Shown: positions 9,477-18,415 of the stretch, one piece after another | Numbering within the stretch: position 1 is the stretch's first letter | Layout of the letters: each line of letters starts with the position of its first letter | The notes under the pieces: model-generated | What the model saw: the letters and a program-made list of their open reading frames with translations, nothing else | Databases searched by the model: none | What the model was told of the DNA's origin: nothing | From: Dehalococcoidia bacterium | GTDB lineage: Bacteria > Chloroflexota > Dehalococcoidia > DSTF01 > RBG-16-68-14 | Length of the DNA: 51,928 nucleotides | NCBI GenBank assembly: GCA_040882355.1 | Contig: JBBEBM010000079.1 | Span: 1 to 51,928, forward strand | Direction of reading: 5' to 3' | Position numbers and translations under genes: made by a program

Positions 9477-10256
9477 TTACGAAAGCGCCAGCCCGTCCAG
9501 GAACTCCCGCACGGCTGCGTTGACCACGTCCGGGCGTTCGAGCGCCGCGGGGTGCCCGGCGCCCTCCACGACGACCTTGCGGCCGTTCGGCAGCTTCGAT
9601 TCGAAGTAGCCGGCGCTGGCGAGGTAGTTCTTGTCGTTCTCGCCGACGATCACAAGCGTCGGCACGTCGATCGTTGTCGCGTCGACGAACGCCGGGTGCG
9701 CCATCACCCCGCGCTCGACGTTCGCCATACCGCGCACGTAATGCTGCGCCACCTCGCCCAGCGCTGGCGCGCCCACGCGCAGCTCCTTCGCCGGACGGCG
9801 CTCGTCGCGGGCGAACGTGCTCTCCTGCCGCGCCGCGAGCTTGGCGAGTGTGTCGGTCCAACCCTGACTGCCCTCGGCGTTGCGATAGCCCGGCCCGGCG
9901 GCGTGGAGCACCAACGCCGCGACGCGTTCCGGGTAGGCCTCGTAGAAGCGAAGCGCGGTGTAGCCGCCGAGCGAGTGCCCGCCGTAGACCGCGCGCTCGA
10001 TGCCCAGGTGGTCGCTCAGTGCGCGCAGGTCTTCGACGACGATGTCCTGCGTGTACAGCGCCAGGTCGTCCGGCGCCCCCGAGCGATAGTGGCCGCGCAT
10101 GTCCCACGAGACGACTCGATAGCCGTCGGCGAGCGACTCGGCGAGCGGCGTCCACAGCTCGGCGCAGTCGCCCAGGCCGTGCGTGAGGACGACCGGGAAT
10201 CCGGCGCCGTGCTCCTCGTAGTAGATATCGATATCGTTGACGCGAACGGTGGGCAT
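9477..10256 (-). CDS. Alpha/beta fold hydrolase
   Basis: HGL oxyanion loop, GHSLGG nucleophile elbow, GEND, GAGH. Confidence 0.9.
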   Translation of the reverse strand: MPTVRVNDIDIYYEEHGAGFPVVLTHGLGDCAELWTPLAESLADGYRVVSWDMRGHYRSGAPDDLALYTQDIVVEDLRALSDHLGIERAVYGGHSLGGYTALRFYEAYPERVAALVLHAAGPGYRNAEGSQGWTDTLAKLAARQESTFARDERRPAKELRVGAPALGEVAQHYVRGMANVERGVMAHPAFVDATTIDVPTLVIVGENDKNYLASAGYFESKLPNGRKVVVEGAGHPAALERPDVVNAAVREFLDGLALS

Positions 10257-10390
10257 GCAGGTACCTCAAGACGTTTTGTCGCACCTTACCACAGAATCCA
10301 TCTGTAATGGCGACCTGGTAGCGGCGACCTTCAGGTCGCCACCTGCGCGGCTTCCACCATCCGTTAATCCGTTTCCTATCCGTTGACAGA

Positions 10391-11173
10391 CTACGCCGGC
10401 GGCGGTCGTAGCGGTTGTGGCCGGTCGCCAGAGGCGTAGCGGCGCAGCCCCTCCGCCATCTTCGGGTCCGTGAGCGATTCGCGGTGCAGCGCCGCCTCCC
10501 GCACGAGGCCCTCCTCGACCGGCAGCGTCAGTCCTTCGAGTGCGGCGCGACGGTCGTTTTGCATCGCGAGCTGCGGGTAGGTCGAGAGCGCGGCGGCGAT
10601 CTCGATCGCGCGGTCTAGCGCCTGGCCCGCCGGTACCACCTCCTGCGCCAGCCCCATTCGTAGCGCGTGGTGCGCGTCGATGAGGGCGCCTGTGACGATC
10701 AGGTAGAGCGCGTTCCCCAGCCCGACGATGCGCGGCAGCCGTTGTGTGCCGCCGTCGATCAGGGGCACGCCCCAGCGACGGTTCAGCACGCCGAACTGCG
10801 CGCTCGCCGAAGCGATGCGGAAGTCGCACCAGCAGGCCAGCTCCAGCCCGCCCGCGGTGCAGTAGCCCTCGACGGCCGCGATCGTCGGCTTCTGGACGTT
10901 CGTGATGCGCGAGATGCCCATCGGGCCGGACTCCTCGGCGTTCGGGCGCGCCATCAGCGTTGCGGAGTTCTTCAGGTCCGCGCCGGAGCAGAATGCGGCG
11001 TCGCCGGCTCCGGTGAGGATCAGCACGTCGAGGCCGTCGTCGCTGCGGAACGCCTCGACCGCCTCGAACAGTCCCTGCGCCGTTTCGCCGTCGACGCAGT
11101 TGCGCACCTCCGGCCGGTTGATTGTGACGACGAACGTGCGATCGCGCCGCTCGGTGAGTACCGTCTGCGCCAC
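10391..11173 (-). CDS. Enoyl-CoA hydratase/crotonase family protein
   Basis: INRPEVRN, FCSGADL, AGGLELA..CD; probable GTG start at 11173. Confidence 0.9.
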   Translation of the reverse strand: MAQTVLTERRDRTFVVTINRPEVRNCVDGETAQGLFEAVEAFRSDDGLDVLILTGAGDAAFCSGADLKNSATLMARPNAEESGPMGISRITNVQKPTIAAVEGYCTAGGLELACWCDFRIASASAQFGVLNRRWGVPLIDGGTQRLPRIVGLGNALYLIVTGALIDAHHALRMGLAQEVVPAGQALDRAIEIAAALSTYPQLAMQNDRRAALEGLTLPVEEGLVREAALHRESLTDPKMAEGLRRYASGDRPQPLRPPPA

Positions 11174-11175
11174 TG

Positions 11176-11736
11176 CTACGTCTCCGCGCCCGTGATGTGG
11201 CCGACGTGCGCGAGCACGTGCAGCACGGCGACGGAGTTGATCACGCCCGCGAGCGCGCCCGTGATCCCGCCCGACGAGCGGATCGGCCGCGTCAGCAGCG
11301 CCTCGTCCGCGCCCTCCACAGCGGCGATCGTCGCCGCCCGGTTCCGCTCGAACTCGTCCAGCAGCTCGGCGACGCTCGCGTCGGCGCGCTTGGCCACCTG
11401 ACGGTCGTTGTACGAGTCGACCCCGCCCTGCATCGGGCGCGTCGGCAGGTTCGGCGCCTCGCTCGGCTCCGTGCGACGCACCTCGGTAGTGGTGGGTGCG
11501 GGGGCGGCGGGCGCGGGCTGCGGCGCCTCCTTCGCAATCTCGAGCAGCCGCGGGTAGCTCCACTCAATCGATGCGATGTGCGCCAGGATCTGGCGTCCGT
11601 TCCAGCCGTTCTCGTAACGTCCTTGCTCGAAGTCCGACTCGGGCAGCGCCCGCAGCTTGTCGAGCGCCTGCTGGCCGCTGTCGCGCAGCGCGTCCAGCAG
11701 CTCGGCCTTCGTCGGGATGGCGGGTTGGGTGGTCAT
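11176..11736 (-). CDS. DinB/mycothiol-dependent maleylpyruvate isomerase N-terminal superfamily protein
   Basis: GWNGRQILAH ... HVLAH His pattern of DinB four-helix bundles. Confidence 0.7.
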   Translation of the reverse strand: MTTQPAIPTKAELLDALRDSGQQALDKLRALPESDFEQGRYENGWNGRQILAHIASIEWSYPRLLEIAKEAPQPAPAAPAPTTTEVRRTEPSEAPNLPTRPMQGGVDSYNDRQVAKRADASVAELLDEFERNRAATIAAVEGADEALLTRPIRSSGGITGALAGVINSVAVLHVLAHVGHITGAET

Positions 11737-11750
11737 GACCTACTCCCTCG

Positions 11751-12563
11751 TCAAGCGGGGCGACGGCCCCACACGGTCCACATGATCGGCGATGGCGCCA
11801 TGAAGGATGGATCGTCCAGGCGGGCCAGCTCGCGTTCGAACTCATCGGCCGTCATCAAGCCGGAATCGATGATCTCGGCTCTCATGTGCCGGGCGTTCGT
11901 GCGCTGCATGCCTGCACCGACGGATCCTCCTTGCCAGAGGAGGACCCGTCCCTCCGCGTCCACATCCTGCATGCCGTTGGCGCGAAGCCGGCCGGGTAAG
12001 AGCCGCCCACACCTGGTGTCCGCGCCATGATTGGTCAGGACCTGCTGGATGGCGAGAACAAGGGGCGTCCCGGTCTCAGCGGGATTCACTGATGCGTCGG
12101 GCAGCATGGAGCGTGCGTCGAACTCTTCCAGCACCAGCCAGCCTCCGGGCTTGAGCGCCGCGATCAGCCGTTGCAGGACCGCCTCGCGATCCGGCAGGTG
12201 GACGAGCACCAGGCGCGTGTGCGCGAGATCGAACGCCGCTTCGGGCAGCCGGTCGTCGACGATGTTGTGGCGTTGGACGTCGAGGTTGCCGCCCTGGAGG
12301 CGTTCGAGGTAGTCCGTGTTGAGGTCGGTGGCGAGTACGTAGCCAGTCGGGCCGACCTCCTCACTCAGCCAGCGCGCGATCGACCCACCGCCGGCCCCCA
12401 CGTCGAGGCAGCGCCAGCCCGGGCCAACGCCGCGCGCCTTCAAGTGGCGCGTCGTGGTCTCGTCGTACAGCGCCGCAAGCGCATCGAAGCGATCGCTTGC
12501 CGGCTCGCCCGCGTGCTCGAACGCGTACCTGTTTGCGGGAGCGCTGCTTTGTGCGTCCGTCAT
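11751..12563 (-). CDS. Class I SAM-dependent methyltransferase
   Basis: CLDVGAGGG, FDLAHTRLVL, LKPGG. Confidence 0.9.
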   Translation of the reverse strand: MTDAQSSAPANRYAFEHAGEPASDRFDALAALYDETTTRHLKARGVGPGWRCLDVGAGGGSIARWLSEEVGPTGYVLATDLNTDYLERLQGGNLDVQRHNIVDDRLPEAAFDLAHTRLVLVHLPDREAVLQRLIAALKPGGWLVLEEFDARSMLPDASVNPAETGTPLVLAIQQVLTNHGADTRCGRLLPGRLRANGMQDVDAEGRVLLWQGGSVGAGMQRTNARHMRAEIIDSGLMTADEFERELARLDDPSFMAPSPIMWTVWGRRPA

Positions 12564-12786
12564 CGCATCCTTACCCCGGTGGCGGTGCGCGGTTGGGTGC
12601 TCACGAGGCTCTCTCCTTTGTCATGCTGAGCCCTTCGCCGGCGCTCAGGACAGGCTCCGCGAAGCGCCTTCCATCACGAGATTCGCCGGACAGGCTGGCG
12701 GACACGAGACCCAACGAGAAGGCGAAAACTGATCGGCCAATCTGTGTCCATCCGTGCCAATCTGTGTCAATCTGTGGCCCGTCCTC

Positions 12787-14355
12787 CTACTTCGCGTCCT
12801 TCGCGCGCTCGGCTTCGATCAGCTCTCGTCGCAAGATCTTGCCGGACGCGGTCTTCGGGATAGACGGCACGAACTCCAGCTCGCGCAGCTTCTTGTACGG
12901 CGCGACCCGCTCCTCCACGAAGAGCATCACGTCCCGTGCGCTCGCCTCTCGACCCTCCCGCAGCACGACGAACGCCTTCGGCACCTCGCCCGCCTCGAAG
13001 TCGCGCTTCGGGATGACGGCGGCATCGAGCACCGACGGGTGCTCCATGATCACGCCTTCCAGTTCAGCCGGCGCGACCTGGTAGCCCTTGTACTTGATCA
13101 TCTCCTTCGCCCGGTCGACGATGTAGACGTAGCCGTCCTCGTCCAGCCGGGCGATGTCGCCGGTGCGCAGCCAGCGGTCCTCCCCCTCGCCGATGATCGA
13201 CGCCGCCGTGGCGTCGGGGTTCTTCCAGTAGCCGAGCATCACCTGCGGGCCCTGGATCAACAACTCGCCCGTTTCGCCAACCGGCAGCTCTGCAAGGCTC
13301 TCCGCGTCGACCACCTTCTCGAGCGTGTCGGGCACGGCCGCGCCGGCGGAGAGCGGCCTCGCCGCGTCGAGCGGGTTGGCGTTGGTGAGCGGGCTCGTCT
13401 CGGTCAGGCCGTAGCCCTGGATCATCGCGCACCCGAAGCGCTCCGCCGCCATCTCGCCCACCTCCGGCGGTAGCGGGGCCGCCCCCGACAGGATGAAACG
13501 CAGCGATGAGTGGTCGTGGTGCTCGAGGCCCGGGTGGTGGACCAGCGCGAGCAGCGCCGGCGGCACGACGTAGAAATCGGTGACGCGGTACTTCTCGATC
13601 AGGTAGAGCGTCTGGTCCGGGTCGAACCGCGGCATTACGAGGCACGTGCCGCCCATCGCCAGCGAGCCGTTCAGCAGCACCATCAGCCCGTAGATGTGAA
13701 AGAACGGGAGGAAGGCCAGGATAACCGACTGCTCTGTCGTCAGCCCGATGCCTTCCATCTGCCGGGTGTTCGACGTCAGGTTGTAGTGCGACAGCATCAC
13801 GCCTTTGGGTAGGCCCGTTGTCCCGCTCGAGTAAGGCAGCACCGCGATGTCCCGCTCGGGGTCAATCTCCACCGCCTCGAAGTCCGTCGTCTCGCCGGCG
13901 ATCAGCTCCCAGATCTGCTCGATCGGGACGACACGCCGTATCCGCGGCACGTGCGATTTCGCCTCTTCGAGCGTCGGCCGCAGCGCCTTCGCGCAGAAGA
14001 CGACGACCGCCTCCGCGTCGTCGAGCTGGTGCTCGACCTCGCGCTCCCGGTAGAGCGGGTTGAGCGTGGTCACCTTCGCGCCGCAAAGCAGCGCGCCGTG
14101 CAACGCGACGGCGAACTCAGGACAGTTGGGCGTGAACAGCGCGACCGTCTCGCCCTTCGACAGCTTCGCGTGGCGCTGGAGGTAGCTCGCCAGCTTCCGC
14201 GACGCGTCCCACACCTCGCGGTACGTGTACGCCTTCTCGTCGATGTCGATCAGCGCCGGCTTGTCGGGCAGTCGCTCCGCGGACAGCCGGAGCAGCTCCG
14301 AGAAGTGGTGCTTGGGGTACGGCGCCTGCGACGGCCAGGGGCCCGTAGCAACCAT
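12787..14355 (-). CDS. AMP-binding acyl/aryl-CoA ligase (4-coumarate-CoA ligase-like)
   Basis: YSSGTTGLPKG, QGYGLTE, TGD, IKYKGYQVAPAELE, SGKILRR. Confidence 0.93.
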   Translation of the reverse strand: MVATGPWPSQAPYPKHHFSELLRLSAERLPDKPALIDIDEKAYTYREVWDASRKLASYLQRHAKLSKGETVALFTPNCPEFAVALHGALLCGAKVTTLNPLYREREVEHQLDDAEAVVVFCAKALRPTLEEAKSHVPRIRRVVPIEQIWELIAGETTDFEAVEIDPERDIAVLPYSSGTTGLPKGVMLSHYNLTSNTRQMEGIGLTTEQSVILAFLPFFHIYGLMVLLNGSLAMGGTCLVMPRFDPDQTLYLIEKYRVTDFYVVPPALLALVHHPGLEHHDHSSLRFILSGAAPLPPEVGEMAAERFGCAMIQGYGLTETSPLTNANPLDAARPLSAGAAVPDTLEKVVDAESLAELPVGETGELLIQGPQVMLGYWKNPDATAASIIGEGEDRWLRTGDIARLDEDGYVYIVDRAKEMIKYKGYQVAPAELEGVIMEHPSVLDAAVIPKRDFEAGEVPKAFVVLREGREASARDVMLFVEERVAPYKKLRELEFVPSIPKTASGKILRRELIEAERAKDAK

Positions 14356-14386
14356 GACGATCCCTCCCTACTGAATTGGCCGCCCC

Positions 14387-14415
14387 ATAATCCCCCACCG
14401 GCCCAAGGCTGTCAA
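14387..14415 (-). promoter_or_regulatory. Probable sigma70 promoter for the CoA ligase
   Basis: Minus strand TTGACA, 17 nt, GATTAT; downstream SD AGGGAGG. Confidence 0.45.
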
Positions 14416-14690
14416 GATGACCCTTCTGCGGGCGAGGCCGTCGTCTCCCCTTCAGCGGGTCAGCCTTCAGGCTGACGAGACCAGATGCGACCGGGCTCGG
14501 AGAGGCGGGTCTCAGACCCGCCCGCCATGCGTCGGCCCCGCCGAGTCGCGGCGACCGGGACTTGTCCGCCTCCGGCGGAGGTCGCCACCAGCGCCGTTCC
14601 GGCCACCCGCCTCAAAGTGGCTCGCCTCACCGTCCATCCGTCAACAAACCCACGTCCGCCAGTCTGTGTTTCATCGGTGTCAATCTGTGG

Positions 14691-15566
14691 CTAACCGGCC
14701 TGCGCGCCATCCGCCGCCGGCGCATCCAGCACCCTGATCGCCGCTGCGATGCCGAATCCCGAGTCCGTGAACTCCCACGTCACGAACCGCTCGTCGCGCT
14801 GCACCAGCTCGCGCCACACTCGCTGCAGCGCCGGTGCCTGCGCGATGTCGTCGAACGCGAGGATGCCGCCCACCTTCAGCCGCGGCAGCGTGTTCGCGAT
14901 GTCGATCGCCGCGCCGAGCACCGAGTGGTCGCCGTCGACCGTAATCAGGTCGAAGTACAGGTCCGGGTGGCGGCCAAGGAACGCGGGAACCGTGCTCCGG
15001 CTGTCCCCCGCGATCAGCGTCACCTCGCCCGTGTGCCCGACGCGGCGCAGCTCCTCACGCACGAAGTCCGGCCCCGGGTTCTCGATGCCGCCGTAATCGC
15101 GGATCCAGAGATCGAAGCCGTGGATAGCGCACTCAGGCCGCAGCGAGCCGACGATCGATGCGCTCCTGCCCATGCGCACGCCGATCTCCAGGTAGCTGCT
15201 CGGCTGAAGGATGTTCGTCGCGGCGTAGAGCAGCGTGGGCAGGTCGGCGTAGCGCCAGTAGTCGCCGAACTTGTCGCGGCACCACTGATAGTAGGCGATC
15301 TGGCCCCCCAGATGAGCGCTTGGCGTCAGTCCCTCGCATAGCGCCAGGACGTACTCGTGCGCGTCCTTCGCCATCGCCGCCGCGCCGACCGTCGCGGGGC
15401 TGGGCGGCAGGAACGGCAGGTCCGCGTGGCCGGTGCTGACGGCCGGCGCGCTGCCCGTGTAGCGTGGACGCGGAAGCGGGCGCGCGCTGTCCCACGCCTC
15501 CAGCAACCGGTGCGCCAGCGGTCGCGCGCCCGGCAGGCGGCGGATCGTGTCCGCTGCGCTACTCAT
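14691..15566 (-). CDS. Class I SAM-dependent methyltransferase (Methyltransf_24-like), paralog 2
   Basis: YLEIGVRMGRS, FDLITVDGDH, LKVGG; ATG 15566 overlaps the upstream stop (ATGA). Confidence 0.85.
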   Translation of the reverse strand: MSSAADTIRRLPGARPLAHRLLEAWDSARPLPRPRYTGSAPAVSTGHADLPFLPPSPATVGAAAMAKDAHEYVLALCEGLTPSAHLGGQIAYYQWCRDKFGDYWRYADLPTLLYAATNILQPSSYLEIGVRMGRSASIVGSLRPECAIHGFDLWIRDYGGIENPGPDFVREELRRVGHTGEVTLIAGDSRSTVPAFLGRHPDLYFDLITVDGDHSVLGAAIDIANTLPRLKVGGILAFDDIAQAPALQRVWRELVQRDERFVTWEFTDSGFGIAAAIRVLDAPAADGAQAG

Positions 15567-16414
15567 TCGGAGACGCGGACGGCGATCGCGACGCCCGTGC
15601 GGGCGCCGGTGAACTCCCAGCTCACGAAGCGCCGGTNNNNNNNNNNCCAGATCCGCCGCGACGTCGGGAAGAACGGCAGGTCGTCGTAGATCAGCACACC
15701 GCCCACCTTGAGTCGCGGCAGCGTGTTCGCGAAGTCGTCCGCCACGCCCGGCACCGACTTCTCGCCATCGACCGTGATCACGTCGAAGAAGAGATCGGGG
15801 TGCTGGCGCAGGAACGCTGGTACCGTCTGGTGACTGTCGCCGGAGACGAGGACGACCTCGCCCGTGTGCCCGACGCGCCGCAGCTCCTCGCGCACGAACT
15901 CGGGCCCCGGGTTGTCGACGCCCGCGTAATCCGGGATCCAGAGGTCGAAGCCGTAGATGGCGCATTCAGGCCGCAGCGACCCGACGAGCGCCGCGCTCCT
16001 GCCCCTTCGAAGCCCGATCTCCAGGTAGCTGTTCGGCTTGATCAGCGTCGCCGCCGCCCAGAGCGCCGTCGTCAGGTCCGCGTGGCGCCAGCTTGCGCCG
16101 AAGCGCTCGCGCGACCAGAGGTAGTACGAGAGCTGCTCGGTCAGCTCCTGGCTCGGCGTCAGCTTCTGGACGAAGTCGAGCACATACTCGATCGCTTCCG
16201 GCGACATCGCCGCAGCGCCGACCGTCTCGGCGCCCGGTGGAAGGAACGGGTCGAGCGGCTCGCTCCCGCCGATACGAGGCGTGTTCGGGATGTAGCGAGG
16301 CAGCCTGAACGGGCAGACATTCGCCCATTCCTGGCGCGCCTGCTTCAGGCCGCTACGAAAGCCCCGAACGAGGGGGCGCGCTCCCGGGACGCTGCGCAAC
16401 GCTGATCGTATCAT
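15563..16414 (-). CDS. Class I SAM-dependent methyltransferase (Methyltransf_24-like), paralog 1; spans an N gap
   Basis: YLEIGLRRGRS, FDVITVDGEK, LKVGG; probable start ATG 16414. Confidence 0.82.
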   Translation of the reverse strand: MIRSALRSVPGARPLVRGFRSGLKQARQEWANVCPFRLPRYIPNTPRIGGSEPLDPFLPPGAETVGAAAMSPEAIEYVLDFVQKLTPSQELTEQLSYYLWSRERFGASWRHADLTTALWAAATLIKPNSYLEIGLRRGRSAALVGSLRPECAIYGFDLWIPDYAGVDNPGPEFVREELRRVGHTGEVVLVSGDSHQTVPAFLRQHPDLFFDVITVDGEKSVPGVADDFANTLPRLKVGGVLIYDDLPFFPTSRRIWXXXXRRFVSWEFTGARTGVAIAVRVSE

Positions 16415-16564
16415 CGGTATGGGTGAGGTCAGTATACTAACGCTGTTGCTGAAGGGTGAAGGCCGCTGGCCGGTCCACGGAGACTCCCGGATGCGCAACC
16501 GGCCAGGTATGCCGCCGACTTCAGTCGGCGGTCGAGAACACACCCTCAAACGAAGAGCGCCGAC

Positions 16565-17227
16565 ATGACCGAAACCACCCTCCAGATCGACGTCCCCGGC
16601 TCCGGCGCCGTCACCGCGATTCGCACCGAGCCGGAGGGAGACGCCGTAGGCTGGCTGTTCGTCTACGCGCCGGGCGCCGGCTCCAACGTCCACGACCCGT
16701 TCGGCGTCTACGCCTGTCGCCGGCTCGCAGGCGAGGGCATCGCGGCCCTCCGACTCCAGTTCCCCTACATGGAGGCGCGCAAGCGCGGCCCGGACCGTCC
16801 GCCCGTGCTCGAAGCGACCTGGCGCGCCGCCATCGACGCCGTGCGCGCGCCCGGCGTCCGCCTCGTCGTCGGCGGGCGCTCGATGGGCGGGCGCATCGCG
16901 TCGCAAGCCGTCGCTCAGGGCGTCGAGGTCGATGCGCTCGCGCTCTTTGCCTACCCGCTGCACCCGCCCGGCAAGCCCGAGCAGCTCCGCGACAAGCACC
17001 TGCCGTCGATCACGGTGCCCGCGCTCTTCTGCTCCGGCACGCGCGACGCCTTCGCCTCGCCCGACGAGCTGCGTGCCGCCGCCGCGAAGGTGCCGCGCTC
17101 CACTGTCCACCTGCTCGAGGGCGCCGACCACGGCTTCGCCGTGCCGAAGGCGAGCGGGCGCACTCGCGACGACGTCTGGTCGGAGGCCGTCGATGAGCTA
17201 CTGGCGTGGCTGCGGGAGATCGATTAG
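16565..17227 (+). CDS. Alpha/beta hydrolase (KANL3/Tex30-like)
   Basis: PGAGS, GGRSMGG, YPLHPPGK, GTRD, GADH. Confidence 0.88.
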   Translation: MTETTLQIDVPGSGAVTAIRTEPEGDAVGWLFVYAPGAGSNVHDPFGVYACRRLAGEGIAALRLQFPYMEARKRGPDRPPVLEATWRAAIDAVRAPGVRLVVGGRSMGGRIASQAVAQGVEVDALALFAYPLHPPGKPEQLRDKHLPSITVPALFCSGTRDAFASPDELRAAAAKVPRSTVHLLEGADHGFAVPKASGRTRDDVWSEAVDELLAWLREID

Positions 17228-17236
17228 CTGCACCGT

Positions 17237-17983
17237 CTACGGCGCAGTGGCGTTGACCCGCTTCGGGATCCGCTTGCGCCGCATCCGAGCCAGACCCTGC
17301 AGGTCCTCCGCCACCGTCTTCAGCACGTTCACCCTCGTGTCCGGGTCCTCCACCCAGCGCACCGGCACCTCCTTCACGCGATAGCCACCCTTCTCCGCGA
17401 GCAGCAGCAGCTCCGTGTCGAAGAACCACTCCTGGTTCTCGATGCGGGGCAGCAGCTCGTGGGCGGCCTGACGGCTGATCGCCTTGAAGCCGCACTGCGT
17501 GTCGGAGAGCCGCGAGAGGAAGAGCAGCTTGATCAGGAAGATGAACCCCCGCGACGTGATCTCGCGCTTGATCGAGCGCGTGATCTGCGAGCCGCGCGTC
17601 ATCCGCGAGCCGTACGCCACGTCGTGGCCCTCTTCGAGGACCGCCCGCGCGAGCGGAAGCAGCCCGCCGAGGTCGGTCGAGAGGTCGATGTCCATGTAGC
17701 ACATCGCGTCCGCGTCGCTCTCCGACCAAGCCTTGCGCAGCGCTCTGCCGCGCCCCTTCTGGTCGAGGTGTACGACGGTCAAGTCCTCGCCTACGTCCTC
17801 GAGCCGCGATGCGAGCTCCTGCGCGACCGACAGCGTCTCGTCCGTCGAGGCGTTGTCCGCGACGGTGATGCGACGGGTGTAGGGAAACTGGTGCTCGTTC
17901 AGGTACGCCCGCAGCCGCTCGACGCTGCCCGCCAGCACGTGCGCCTCGTTGTACACCGGCAGCACGATGTCTAGCTGGGGCAC
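17237..17983 (-). CDS. Glycosyltransferase family 2 (polyprenol-phosphate glycosyltransferase-like)
   Basis: PVYNE, ADNASTD, YMDIDLS, DTQCGFK, WFFDTE; probable start GTG 17983 with GGAG upstream. Confidence 0.9.
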   Translation of the reverse strand: MPQLDIVLPVYNEAHVLAGSVERLRAYLNEHQFPYTRRITVADNASTDETLSVAQELASRLEDVGEDLTVVHLDQKGRGRALRKAWSESDADAMCYMDIDLSTDLGGLLPLARAVLEEGHDVAYGSRMTRGSQITRSIKREITSRGFIFLIKLLFLSRLSDTQCGFKAISRQAAHELLPRIENQEWFFDTELLLLAEKGGYRVKEVPVRWVEDPDTRVNVLKTVAEDLQGLARMRRKRIPKRVNATAP

Positions 17984-18141
17984 CGGCCGCTCCAATCGCA
18001 CGCGTCATGTCTCGGCGCGGTCGTCTCCCATAAGCCCCTCTCCCGCGAGGCGGGAGAGGGGTGGCCGAAGCATGCCCTGAGCGTTGCCGAAGGGGCCGGG
18101 GTGAGGGTGGAAACGGGCAGGACGATGTCGAGCTGGGGCAC
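17954..18141 (-). repeat. Duplicated 5' end of the GT2 gene (17954-17983 vs 18112-18141) flanking a palindromic element
   Basis: Both copies encode VPQLDIVLPV; 4 of 30 nt differ, all synonymous third positions. Confidence 0.8.
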
Positions 18142-18415
18142 GGGACGATTCTATCGACTGCGCGTCTTGGGGCCTAGGGACGGTCGTGCGGTCGAGGGCC
18201 GCCCTACGTTGTCATGCTGAGCGCAGCGAAGCATCTTTCGGTGCGCAGGGGAACCGCAAGACCCCTGGACAAGCTGAGGGTGCCAATAGTGGGACGCGTC
18301 CAAGGGAGACCCGGCCCAGGACAGAGCTGAAGCTCTGTCCCTACATCCGCCGCACACGCTCCGACCGCCATCCGTTGATCCGTTCTCGGAATCCGTTGAC
18401 AGATGATCCGTTGCC

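Larger units (their letters stand above)
5919..18236 (+). repeat. TGTCATGCTGAGCG(A/C)AGCGAAG repeat (family B)
   Basis: Copies at 5919-5945, 6687-6710, 12619-12669 (interrupted) and 18210-18236. Confidence 0.85.
5981..18413 (+). repeat. Short tandem ATCCGT/ATCTGTG units (family E) abutting stop codons
   Basis: Tracts at about 5981-6010, 10359-10390, 12739-12777, 14661-14690 and 18369-18413. Confidence 0.75.

Noticed and set aside
14691..17131. ORF-track extensions (424 aa and 522 aa) suggesting long fusion proteins
   Set aside because: The extensions overlap other genes or the arbitrary 10-N gap; the probable starts are 15566 and 16414.
5919..18413. Possible CRISPR array from the recurring 20-30-bp repeats
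   Set aside because: Copies are dispersed over kilobases with no regular repeat-spacer period, and no cas genes are present.
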